The position numbers and the translations under genes are program-made. Below the pieces are notes generated by a model. It was not told the DNA's origin and made no database searches. It worked only from the letters and a program-made list of their open reading frames with translations. From assembly GCA_018260615.1 (NCBI GenBank), contig JAGWDQ010000138.1:1-20374 (forward strand): a stretch of 20,374 nt of DNA, in the 5' to 3' direction. This document shows, one piece after another, positions 8,793 through 17,534 of this stretch; the first letter of the stretch is position 1, and the number at the start of each line of letters is the position of its first letter. Source of the stretch: Candidatus Altarchaeum sp. Lineage in GTDB: Archaea; Altiarchaeota; Altiarchaeia; Altiarchaeales; Altiarchaeaceae.

Positions 8793-10084
8793 CGATCAAA
8801 AAAGAAATCTTTGCAAAAGTTAAGGAATATTGCGATTTATTTCTTAATAAAAAAATAGAATATGTTCCTGTTTCTGGTAAGAAATTTGATGAAAAAGAAA
8901 TAATTGCCATAGTTGACGCTGCGTTAGATTGCTGGTGGACTGAAGGAGAAGTAACAAATAAATTTGAGAAAAAATTTTGTAGATTTTTGGGTGTTAAACA
9001 CACTATTGTCGTTAATTCAGGTTCTTCTGCTAATTTACTCGCTTTAAAAACACTAACCTCACAAAAACTGAAGGATAGGCGATTAAAAGATGGTGATGAA
9101 GTTATTACTGTTGCTGCTGGATTTCCAACAACAATAAATCCGATAATACAGTGCAACTGCATACCTGTTTTTTGTGATGTAGATTTACCAACTTATAATA
9201 TTAATATTGAGCAATTGAAAAAGGCGGTTTCCAAAAAAACAAAAGCAATTTTTCTTCCCCATACTCTTGGTAATCCTTTTAATGTTGAAGAAGTAGTCAA
9301 ATTATGCAAAAAACATAATTTATGGCTCATAGAGGATAACTGCGATTCTCTGGGTTCAAAATACAATAATCAACTGACTGGAACCTTCGGTGATTTAAGC
9401 ACGCACAGCTTCTATCCTGCACATCATATTACAATGGGCGAAGGGGGAGCAGTTTGTACCAGTAACAATGAACTTGCTAAAATTGCAAGAAGTGTAAGGG
9501 ACTGGGGAAGGGACTGCTGGTGTCAAACCGGACAGGATAATTCCTGCAGAAAGCGTTTTGAATGGAAATTAGGGAACTTACCTTATGGATACGACCATAA
9601 ATATATCTATTCAGAAATTGGTTATAATCTTAAAAACACGGATTTGAATGTTGCAATTGGTCTGGCACAGATGGAAAAATTAAATGATTTCATAGAAATA
9701 AGAAAAAGGAATTTTGCTTTATTAAAAGATAAATTATCAAAATTTCAGAATTATTTTATACTGCCCGAAGCGACAGAAAATTCAGATCCCTCGTGGTTTG
9801 GTTTCTTGATAACTCTCAAAGATAACTGCCCATTCACAAGAACAGATTTATTAAAATATTTAAATGAAAACAAGATAGGTACAAGATTGCTTTTCGGAGG
9901 GAATATAACAAAACAGCCATATTTTATTGAGAACAAAATAGATTACAGGGTTGTTGACCATTTGAAAAATACAGACTTTATTATGAATAATACTTTTTGG
10001 ATTGGTGTTTATCCGGGAATTACAGATAAGATGATAAATTACACTGTATCTATCTTTGATAAATTTATTGAAAAAATAAAATGA
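8780..10084 (+). CDS. rfbH: CDP-6-deoxy-4-keto-hexose 3-dehydrase E1 (PMP/[2Fe-2S]), RfbH/DdhC
   Basis: VPVSG, NSGSSANL, SFYPAHHITMGEGG (His in place of the Schiff-base Lys), GRDCWC-x7-C Fe-S motif, YDHKY, PSWFGF, TRLLFGGN, FWIGVYPG. Confidence 0.95.
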   Translation: MDEVTIKKEIFAKVKEYCDLFLNKKIEYVPVSGKKFDEKEIIAIVDAALDCWWTEGEVTNKFEKKFCRFLGVKHTIVVNSGSSANLLALKTLTSQKLKDRRLKDGDEVITVAAGFPTTINPIIQCNCIPVFCDVDLPTYNINIEQLKKAVSKKTKAIFLPHTLGNPFNVEEVVKLCKKHNLWLIEDNCDSLGSKYNNQLTGTFGDLSTHSFYPAHHITMGEGGAVCTSNNELAKIARSVRDWGRDCWCQTGQDNSCRKRFEWKLGNLPYGYDHKYIYSEIGYNLKNTDLNVAIGLAQMEKLNDFIEIRKRNFALLKDKLSKFQNYFILPEATENSDPSWFGFLITLKDNCPFTRTDLLKYLNENKIGTRLLFGGNITKQPYFIENKIDYRVVDHLKNTDFIMNNTFWIGVYPGITDKMINYTVSIFDKFIEKIK

Positions 10085-11202
10085 ATCAAAAATTAGTATC
10101 TATATGTATCCCAACTTGGAATATGGCAGATGAACTAAAAAAAACATTAAAGAGTATCATTCCACAAGCGTTAGAACTCAAAAACGATGTGGAAATATGT
10201 ATTTCAAATAATGGATCAACAGACAACACAAAAGATGTTGTGATGAAATTCAAAGAGAAGTATCCGGATTTAATAATAAAATATAGAGAAAATAAGGAAA
10301 ATTTAGGTCTTGACAGAAATTTAATAAAGGTTGTTGATTTAGCGGATGGGAAGTTTGCCTGGCTTTTTGGAGATGAAGAAATTGTTGAAAATGGTTTGAA
10401 AGAAGTTGTCGAGTTTATTAGAGATAATAATTCAAAGGAAATTGGACTTATTGTTATTAGAAGAGAATCGTATTTTTTTGATGATAATGAAGAAAAAATT
10501 ATTTATGCAAACACCTGTGATGATGCTAAACCTGAGATATTCGAATTAGATAGAACACAAGCAATTAGTGGGAGATTTACAGACAGTGGATTTATTTCTG
10601 TTTTATTATTCAACAATCAAATACTTAAACAAATGTTTAAGGAGGATAATGAATTGATAACACAAGGTATTGGAACTTGTTATGCTCATATTTTGTGGTA
10701 TAAATTAATGTTTTTAAAATATCCCCCACTTAAATGTTGGGTACTAAATAAGCATATAGTTAATCAAGAAGCACTATTCAAATATCGTTTTATAGTTGAG
10801 GATGAGTTTAATTTATCTTATAGAAGCTATAGAATAACAGATATATTGTTAAGTAGTAAATATTCAAAAGGATTTGAAAATTTGATTGGTAAGACTAAGA
10901 GAAAAGAAAAATTTGGATTTATTTTAAATATGATTGTAGCAAAGGCATTTAGTAATTTTAAGTATGGTTCCTATTTTGGATGCATAACATTATTTTTTTC
11001 ATCAGCACCATCGAAAATCATAGCAATATTATACTCTGCTTCGTTTATATTCTTATCTTTGACTCCGTCAATCATCTCAGGGAAAATATATAAAATATTT
11101 TTAAAAATAAAACATAGTAAGCAATCCAACGATATCTTTAATAATCAAAAGATTGCTTATACTCTCAATATTGGAAAAGAAAAAAAGAGAATATACCAAT
11201 AA
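10081..11202 (+). CDS. GT2 glycosyltransferase, RfbV/WbaV (abequosyltransferase)-like N-terminal domain
   Basis: SICIPTWN, EICISNNGSTDNT, ENLGLDRN, GKFAWLFGDEEI. Directly follows rfbH. Confidence 0.8.
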   Translation: MNQKLVSICIPTWNMADELKKTLKSIIPQALELKNDVEICISNNGSTDNTKDVVMKFKEKYPDLIIKYRENKENLGLDRNLIKVVDLADGKFAWLFGDEEIVENGLKEVVEFIRDNNSKEIGLIVIRRESYFFDDNEEKIIYANTCDDAKPEIFELDRTQAISGRFTDSGFISVLLFNNQILKQMFKEDNELITQGIGTCYAHILWYKLMFLKYPPLKCWVLNKHIVNQEALFKYRFIVEDEFNLSYRSYRITDILLSSKYSKGFENLIGKTKRKEKFGFILNMIVAKAFSNFKYGSYFGCITLFFSSAPSKIIAILYSASFIFLSLTPSIISGKIYKIFLKIKHSKQSNDIFNNQKIAYTLNIGKEKKRIYQ

Positions 11203-11267
11203 GGGATACTATCATATTGCTCAATAGATTTAACTTTTAAAATCTAATATATAAACATCAAATTACT

Positions 11268-12203
11268 ATGAAAAGTTTAGTAACTGGCGGAGCAGGATTC
11301 ATAGGAAGATGGGTCGTTAAAAGATTACTTGATGAAAAGCATAATGTCTGGGTAGTTGATGATATTTCAAACGGGCGTGAAGAAAATATACGAGAATTTA
11401 AAGATAATCCAAATTTTAAGGAATTTGTTAAAGGAGACATAAGGAATAAAGATTTAATTTCGGATTTATTTAAAAATAAATTTGACATCTGCATACATGC
11501 AGCTGCACAGATTAATGTCCAGGAATCGCTTGATAACCCGCAAAAGGACTTTGAAGTTAATGTTATTGGAACATACAACATTTTGCAGGAAGCATTAAAG
11601 TATAAAACAAAGGTTGTTTTACTTGGAACATGTATGGTTTATGACTTATCAAAGGGTGGTGCAATAACAGAAGAGCATAAAATTAAGCCAGCATCACCTT
11701 ATGCCGGTTCAAAGGTTGCCGCTGAAGCATTGGCAGAGTCCTATTATCATGGTTTGGGGTTACCAGTTGTTATCGTTAGGCCATTCAATACTTACGGTCC
11801 ATTCCAGAAGGCAAATATGGAAGGTGGCGTGGTCTCAATATTTGTCAAAAGAAATCTTGAAGGAGAAACCCTTAATATATTCGGTGACGGAACACAGACA
11901 AGGGATTTGTTGTATGTTGAGGATTGTGCAGATTTCATAGTTAAAGCGGCATTTTCAGAAAAAGCGGTTGGAGAAGTTATCAATGCAGGATGCGGAAAAG
12001 ATATTTCCATAAATGACCTTGCTATGTTGATAGCAAAAGATAAAAACAAGATAAAGCATGTGTCTCACCATCACCCTCAGAGCGAAATTCCAAAACTGCT
12101 CTGTAATTATTCAAAGGCAAAGGAGTTGCTTGGATGGGAGCCGAAAGTTTGTCTTGAAGAAGGAATTAAAAGATTGGAGGACTGGATGATAAAATCAAAT
12201 TAA
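11268..12203 (+). CDS. NAD-dependent SDR resembling Bacillus thuringiensis Pal (second enzyme of the two-step Pen/Pal route)
   Basis: TGGAGFIGRWVV, INVQES, TCMVYD, KPASPYAGSK, RPFNTYGPFQK, EGGVV, TRDLLYVEDCADF, HPQSEIPKLLCNY. SDR call is firm; the Pal similarity is from recall. Confidence 0.8.
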   Translation: MKSLVTGGAGFIGRWVVKRLLDEKHNVWVVDDISNGREENIREFKDNPNFKEFVKGDIRNKDLISDLFKNKFDICIHAAAQINVQESLDNPQKDFEVNVIGTYNILQEALKYKTKVVLLGTCMVYDLSKGGAITEEHKIKPASPYAGSKVAAEALAESYYHGLGLPVVIVRPFNTYGPFQKANMEGGVVSIFVKRNLEGETLNIFGDGTQTRDLLYVEDCADFIVKAAFSEKAVGEVINAGCGKDISINDLAMLIAKDKNKIKHVSHHHPQSEIPKLLCNYSKAKELLGWEPKVCLEEGIKRLEDWMIKSN

Positions 12204-12224
12204 ACATAATTTATTAAAAATAAA

Positions 12225-12875
12225 ATGGCTAAAAAAACAGAACAGATTGATAAATGGGCGAATGTATTTGGTAAAGAATACACCGATAGGAATTTATATA
12301 ATCCACGGGAATTGGATGAATTTTATAAAAAAACTTGGGGAGTCACGAGAACCGAACTAAATGAAGAGTTTCTATCTTTTTTAGATAAAGATAAAACTAA
12401 GATACTTGAAGTCGGATCTAATGTAGGGAATCAACTTTTATCTCTTCAGTTAATGGGATTCAAAAATCTTTACGGTATTGAGATCTCTAAATATGCCGTT
12501 GAAAAATCAAAAGAAAGAACAAAAGACATAAATATAATTTATGGGTCTGCCTTTGATCTTCCATTTAAAGATGAATATTTTGATTTAGTTTTTACTGCTG
12601 GAGTTTTAATACATATTTCACCCAATGACATTAATTACATATTAGATGAAATCTACAGATGCTCAAAAAAATATATATTCGGATTTGAATATTATGCCGA
12701 TAAATATACTGAAATTGAATACAGAGGCAATAAAAACATGCTGTGGAAAGCGAATTTTTGTCAGATGTATCTTGATAGGTTTAAATATCTAAAACTTGTT
12801 AAAGAAAAAAAGTTGAAATATGTTGATAATGATAATGTTGATTCTGTGTTTTTAATAGAAAAATATGAGGAATAA
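12225..12875 (+). CDS. Pseudaminic acid biosynthesis-associated methylase (TIGR03587-like)
   Basis: W..FGKEYTDRN, ILEVGSNVGNQL, GVLIHI.P, FEYY, IEYRG. Overlaps the pseC start. Confidence 0.85.
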   Translation: MAKKTEQIDKWANVFGKEYTDRNLYNPRELDEFYKKTWGVTRTELNEEFLSFLDKDKTKILEVGSNVGNQLLSLQLMGFKNLYGIEISKYAVEKSKERTKDINIIYGSAFDLPFKDEYFDLVFTAGVLIHISPNDINYILDEIYRCSKKYIFGFEYYADKYTEIEYRGNKNMLWKANFCQMYLDRFKYLKLVKEKKLKYVDNDNVDSVFLIEKYEE

Positions 12876-14013
12876 ATTTTTACCTTACGGAAGACAGAGC
12901 ATAGATGATGATGATATCTTAGAAGTAGATAAAGTTCTGAAGTCAGATTGGCTCACAACCGGACCTAAGGTTTCGGAATTTGAAGAAAAATTTTGTAAAT
13001 ATATTGGCTGCAAGTATGGTGTTGTCGTTAATTCCGGAACTTCAGCCCTTGACATAGCAGTGGCTTCACTTGGACTAAAAAAGAGTAGTGAAATAATAAC
13101 TACACCGTTTACTTTTATGGCAACTTCAAACTGCATTCTTTATAATGGACTAAAACCTGTATTTGCAGATATAAAGCCCGACACTTACAACATTAATCCA
13201 GATGAAATAAAGAAAAAAATAACCTCAAAGACAAAAGCCATAATTTATGTGGATTACGCAGGACAACCGTGTGATATTGATGAAATCAGAGAAATTGCAA
13301 AAGAAAAGGACTTATATTTAATTGAGGATGCTGCGCATGCTTGTGGCGCGGAATACAAAGGTAAAAAGGTCGGGAATTTTGCGGATTTAACGGAATTCAG
13401 TTTTCATCCGGTAAAGCATATAACAACCGGTGAGGGGGGAATGGTAACAACTGATAATGAAAAATTATATGAGAAACTAAAATTGCTGAGAAATCACGGT
13501 ATTGACAAAGATGCAACAACACGATTCGGAAAAGATGCATCTTATGCTTATGATATGAAAATGCTTGGAAGAAATTACAGAATTACTGATTTTCAGTGCG
13601 CTCTCGGAAGATCACAGTTAAAAAAACTTGACAAATTTATTAAAAGAAGATCTGAAATTGTAAAAATATATGATGAAGAATTTGAGAATATTGACGAAAT
13701 AACGATTCCTTATGCAAAAACAAATATAAAACACGCATGGCACATCTACACAATTCTGCTTAATGAAAAAATAAACCGCGATAAATTTTTCAATTCAATG
13801 AAAACAAAAAATATCGGAGTTAATGTTCACTATATTCCAATTTATAAATTCAGTTATTATAAAGAAAAATTTAATTTTAATGATAATGACTTCCCTGTAA
13901 CTGAGGATGTTTTCAGCAGGATAATTACATTGCCTTTATTTCAGGGAATGAAAGATGAGGATGCTTATGATGTTATAAATGCTGTAAAAGATACGATTAA
14001 TGAATTTTCATAA
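12865..14013 (+). CDS. pseC: UDP-4-amino-4,6-dideoxy-N-acetyl-beta-L-altrosamine transaminase (DegT/DnrJ family)
   Basis: LPYGRQSIDDDDI, SDWLTTGPKV, IEDAAHA, FSFHPVKHITTGEGG (PLP lysine), LGRNYRITDFQCALG, VNVHYIP. Confidence 0.9.
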   Translation: MRNKFLPYGRQSIDDDDILEVDKVLKSDWLTTGPKVSEFEEKFCKYIGCKYGVVVNSGTSALDIAVASLGLKKSSEIITTPFTFMATSNCILYNGLKPVFADIKPDTYNINPDEIKKKITSKTKAIIYVDYAGQPCDIDEIREIAKEKDLYLIEDAAHACGAEYKGKKVGNFADLTEFSFHPVKHITTGEGGMVTTDNEKLYEKLKLLRNHGIDKDATTRFGKDASYAYDMKMLGRNYRITDFQCALGRSQLKKLDKFIKRRSEIVKIYDEEFENIDEITIPYAKTNIKHAWHIYTILLNEKINRDKFFNSMKTKNIGVNVHYIPIYKFSYYKEKFNFNDNDFPVTEDVFSRIITLPLFQGMKDEDAYDVINAVKDTINEFS

Positions 14014-14753
14014 TGGAAAATAAAAAAATTGTTGCGATAATACAGGCACGGATGGGTTCAACAAGATTGCATGGAAAAGTAATGAAAAAGATCCTTGGTA
14101 AAGAGGTAATATTGCATGATATTGACAGAATAAAGCAAATCAAAAATTTAGATAAAATTGTCATTGCGACCACAACTAAAAAGGATGATGATATTATTGT
14201 TGAAACAATCAAAAACTATAATTCTGGCATAGGTATTTTCAGGGGAAGTGAGGATGATGTTTTAGATAGATACTACAAAGCAGCAAAAGAGTTTAACGCA
14301 ACAGTTATTGTTAGGATAACTTCAGATTGCCCTTTGATAGATCCCCTAGTTTCGGATAAAGTTATTGAGACCTTTCTAAATAACAAATGTGATTACTGCT
14401 CTAACTGTCTGAAAAGAACTTATCCTCAGGGATTGGATACCGAAGTTTTTTCTTTTGAGGCACTTGAAAAAGCATGGAAAGAAGCAAAAGAAGATTATCA
14501 AAGAGAACATGTAACTCCCTATATATACGAACATCCAGAAAAATTCAAATTATTAAATGTTTTAAATGATAAAGATTTAAGTCATTTGAGATGGACTTTG
14601 GACACAATCGAAGATTTTAATTTCATTGATGAAATCTATAAAAGATTATATAAAGAAAATAAAAGTTTTTATATAGAAGATATATTAAAAGTTTTAGAAA
14701 AAGAACCAAAAATGTTAGAGATTAATAAAGATATAAAACAGAAACTAAAATAA
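14013..14753 (+). CDS. spsF: SpsF-type cytidylyltransferase (CMP-nonulosonate synthetase-like; occupies the PseF role)
   Basis: IIQARMGSTRLHGK, FRGSEDDVLDRY, VRITSDCPLIDP, YPQGLDTEVF, REHVTPY, LRWTLDTIED. Confidence 0.85.
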   Translation: MENKKIVAIIQARMGSTRLHGKVMKKILGKEVILHDIDRIKQIKNLDKIVIATTTKKDDDIIVETIKNYNSGIGIFRGSEDDVLDRYYKAAKEFNATVIVRITSDCPLIDPLVSDKVIETFLNNKCDYCSNCLKRTYPQGLDTEVFSFEALEKAWKEAKEDYQREHVTPYIYEHPEKFKLLNVLNDKDLSHLRWTLDTIEDFNFIDEIYKRLYKENKSFYIEDILKVLEKEPKMLEINKDIKQKLK

Positions 14754-14826
14754 TGCTAAAAGTTTAGAAGTTAAACCAACAATATTTAAGGATGAACTCA
14801 TCTATTTATAATACTATTAATTTAAA

Positions 14827-15951
14827 ATGAAATACAAATTTTGTAAAAAGTGTTTGATGCCAAACACACGACCAGGGTCTAATTTCAATGATGAAGGAGT
14901 TTGTCAAGCATGTTTAAACTACGAAAAACGCAAAACAATTGATTGGGAAAAAAGGGAAAAAGCATTGGAAGAATTATGCAGTAAATATAGAAGGGATGAT
15001 GGTCATTATGATTGTATTATTCCAGTAAGCGGCGGAAAAGATAGTCACTTTCTTGTATATACGATGAAGGTAAAGATGGACATGCATCCCCTTTTAATAA
15101 CAGTTGGTGATCCCTTCACCAAGACAAAGGCAGGCTTAAGTAACTTCAGAAATTTGGAGGATTCTTTTGGTTGCAACCATATATTATTCAATCTGAGTAT
15201 TGATCTTTTCAGGAGAGCAACAAAAATAGCATTTGAAGAAACAGGGGAAGCACTTAAATTTGTAGAATATGCTATTTACACTATACCCACATTATTGGCT
15301 CAAAAATTTGACATACCATTTGTTATATTTGGAGAAAACTCTGCTTATGAATACGGCAGCACTGACGAGGACTTTTATCTGGCAACTCCTATTGTTAAGT
15401 CAATGTCTGATAAATTAGAAAAAGACAGGCAATGGTGGATTGCGAAAGGGTTAACTTCAGAGGAAGTGAATTCTATTCAATTAGATAAGAATAAGCCGCT
15501 GCCTGAAGTAATCTATATGAGTTATTTTAAACCATGGAGCAGCGTAACAAATCTCGGTATCGCAAAAAGATACGGATTTAAAGATCTAACTCATGAATGG
15601 AAACGAGAAGGTTGTATAGAGGATTTTGAACAAATAGATTCTGTTGCATACATGGTCCATCTTTGGTTAAAATATCCTAAATTTGGATTTCAGCGAACAT
15701 CAGATATTGCAAGTCGGCGTGTCCGTGAGGGGAATATTAGTTTATCTGAAGCAAAAAATCTCATAAAGGAAAATGATCCTGATTTGGATCAACTTGCATT
15801 AGGGGATTTTATCAATTTATTAGGTTATACACCAATTCAATTTTGGGACATAGTAGAAAAAATGTGGAATCGTGAGCTATTTGAGAAGGTTAATGGTTTA
15901 TGGCAATTAAAAAAAGAGTATGAAGAATTGAGGGATAGAACCGGATGTTAA
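14827..15951 (+). CDS. N-acetyl sugar amidotransferase (PseA/PtmG/WbuX-like), copy 2
   Basis: CKKCLMPNTRPG, GVCQAC, YDCIIPVSGGKDS, FGEN, LKYPKFGF. Confidence 0.9.
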   Translation: MKYKFCKKCLMPNTRPGSNFNDEGVCQACLNYEKRKTIDWEKREKALEELCSKYRRDDGHYDCIIPVSGGKDSHFLVYTMKVKMDMHPLLITVGDPFTKTKAGLSNFRNLEDSFGCNHILFNLSIDLFRRATKIAFEETGEALKFVEYAIYTIPTLLAQKFDIPFVIFGENSAYEYGSTDEDFYLATPIVKSMSDKLEKDRQWWIAKGLTSEEVNSIQLDKNKPLPEVIYMSYFKPWSSVTNLGIAKRYGFKDLTHEWKREGCIEDFEQIDSVAYMVHLWLKYPKFGFQRTSDIASRRVREGNISLSEAKNLIKENDPDLDQLALGDFINLLGYTPIQFWDIVEKMWNRELFEKVNGLWQLKKEYEELRDRTGC

Positions 15952-15961
15952 AAACTTTGAA

Positions 15962-17008
15962 ATGAAAAAAATCAAAATTAAAAATAAATTCATAGGGGAA
16001 CAAGAACCCTGTTTTATAATAGCAGAACTTTCAGCAAATCATCTTCAGAAATTTGAACTGGCTGTTGATACAATCAAAGCAGCAAAAGAAGCAGGAGCGG
16101 ATGCTATAAAACTCCAGACCTACACACCTGATACGATAACTATTGAGTCCGACAATGAATGCTTTAAAATCAAGGGCACATTATGGGGTGGTAAGACACT
16201 TTATAACCTTTACAAAGAAGCATATACTCCCTGGGAATGGCAGCCGAAATTACAAAAATTAGCAGAGGATTTAGGTTTAATATTTTTTTCAAGTCCATTT
16301 GATAAAACAGCAGTTGATTTTCTTGAGGGATTAAATGTTCCAGCATATAAAGTAGCATCCTTTGAAATAACAGATATTCCATTAATAGAGTACATCGCTT
16401 CAAAAGGCAAACCCATTATCATATCAACAGGCATTGCAACTTTGGCAGACATCGAAGAAGCAGTCAATGCGTGTAAAAGAATGGGAAATGAGAAGATTAT
16501 TCTTTTAAAATGCACTTCTTCTTATCCCGCACCAATTGAAGAAGCGAATTTATTAACTATCCCGAACATGGCAGATACATTTGGAACAATTGTCGGTTTA
16601 TCTGACCATACATTAGGTTCATCAGTTGCAATCGCGTCTGTTGTTCTCGGTGCAAAGGTTATTGAAAAACATTTTATCTTGGATAGAAATTTAGGCGGAC
16701 CAGATGCGGCATTTTCCATGGAGCCGGATGAATTTAAAGAGATGGTTAAATCAGTCAGGGATGTAGAAAAGGCATTAGGTAAAGTTAGTTATGAATTGTC
16801 GGAGAAGGTTGAGAAAAGTAGGGTTTTTGCACGCTCATTGTTTGTGGTAAAAGATATGAAATCAGGTGAATTAATCAGCGAGGAAAATGTTAAATCAATA
16901 AGACCCTGGTATGGAATGCGCCCAAAATATTTAAAAGAAATACTTGGTAAAAAAATCAGAAATGATATTAAAAAAGGAACTCCGCTTAGTTGGGATTTAA
17001 TTGAGTAA
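15962..17008 (+). CDS. pseI: Pseudaminic acid synthase (NeuB family with C-terminal SAF domain)
   Basis: IIAELSANH, GADAIKLQTYTPDT, AYTPWEW, FSSPFD, KVASFE, LKCTSSYPA, GLSDHT, IEKHF, FARSLFVVKD. Confidence 0.93.
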   Translation: MKKIKIKNKFIGEQEPCFIIAELSANHLQKFELAVDTIKAAKEAGADAIKLQTYTPDTITIESDNECFKIKGTLWGGKTLYNLYKEAYTPWEWQPKLQKLAEDLGLIFFSSPFDKTAVDFLEGLNVPAYKVASFEITDIPLIEYIASKGKPIIISTGIATLADIEEAVNACKRMGNEKIILLKCTSSYPAPIEEANLLTIPNMADTFGTIVGLSDHTLGSSVAIASVVLGAKVIEKHFILDRNLGGPDAAFSMEPDEFKEMVKSVRDVEKALGKVSYELSEKVEKSRVFARSLFVVKDMKSGELISEENVKSIRPWYGMRPKYLKEILGKKIRNDIKKGTPLSWDLIE

Positions 17009-17009
17009 T

Positions 17010-17534
17010 ATGGATTGTATAAAACTAAATTTAAATAAAGAATTATTTGAAAAAATAAATTTAAGACCTGCGGATTTTTCTGACAGAGACATACTATTAG
17101 AGTGGAGAAATAATATAAAAGTAAGAGAAAAATCATTTAACTCGCAAATAATCAGCAAAGAAGAGCATGAGAAATGGTTTAATGAAGTATTAAAAAGTGA
17201 ATATGTAATTTTATTAATTGGTTTATTGGGGAAAAAAAGAATAGGACAGATAAGGTTCAATATAAATGAAAAAATAGCAAAAATTAGTGTTAATGTATCG
17301 CCAGATATTATAGGTAAAGGTTTCGGTCCAATCTTGATAATTAAAGGATCAAAGTTTTTGTTTGAAAACACCAATTGTGAAGAGATTATTGCAGAGATAA
17401 AATCAGACAATATTGCTTCAATAAAAGCATTTTCAAAATCCGGGTTCACAGAAATAGCATCTGATGGCAATAAAATTTCAATGAGAGCAACTAAAAAAGA
17501 TTTTTTCAATTTAATCGCAAAATTAGAACAATGA
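17010..17534 (+). CDS. GNAT N-acetyltransferase, PseH-like
   Basis: LLEWRNN..VR..SF, EEHEKWF, IGQIRF, GKGFG, NIASIKAF...GF. ATG is 1 nt after the pseI stop; the ORF track extends to TTG 17001. Confidence 0.8.
   Translation: MDCIKLNLNKELFEKINLRPADFSDRDILLEWRNNIKVREKSFNSQIISKEEHEKWFNEVLKSEYVILLIGLLGKKRIGQIRFNINEKIAKISVNVSPDIIGKGFGPILIIKGSKFLFENTNCEEIIAEIKSDNIASIKAFSKSGFTEIASDGNKISMRATKKDFFNLIAKLEQ

Noticed and set aside
11235-11255. Archaeal TATA boxes before internal genes (e.g. TTTTAAAA at -33 to -26 of ATG 11268)
   Set aside because: Such strings are everywhere in this AT-rich DNA, no clear BRE is present, and other starts do not show consistent spacing.
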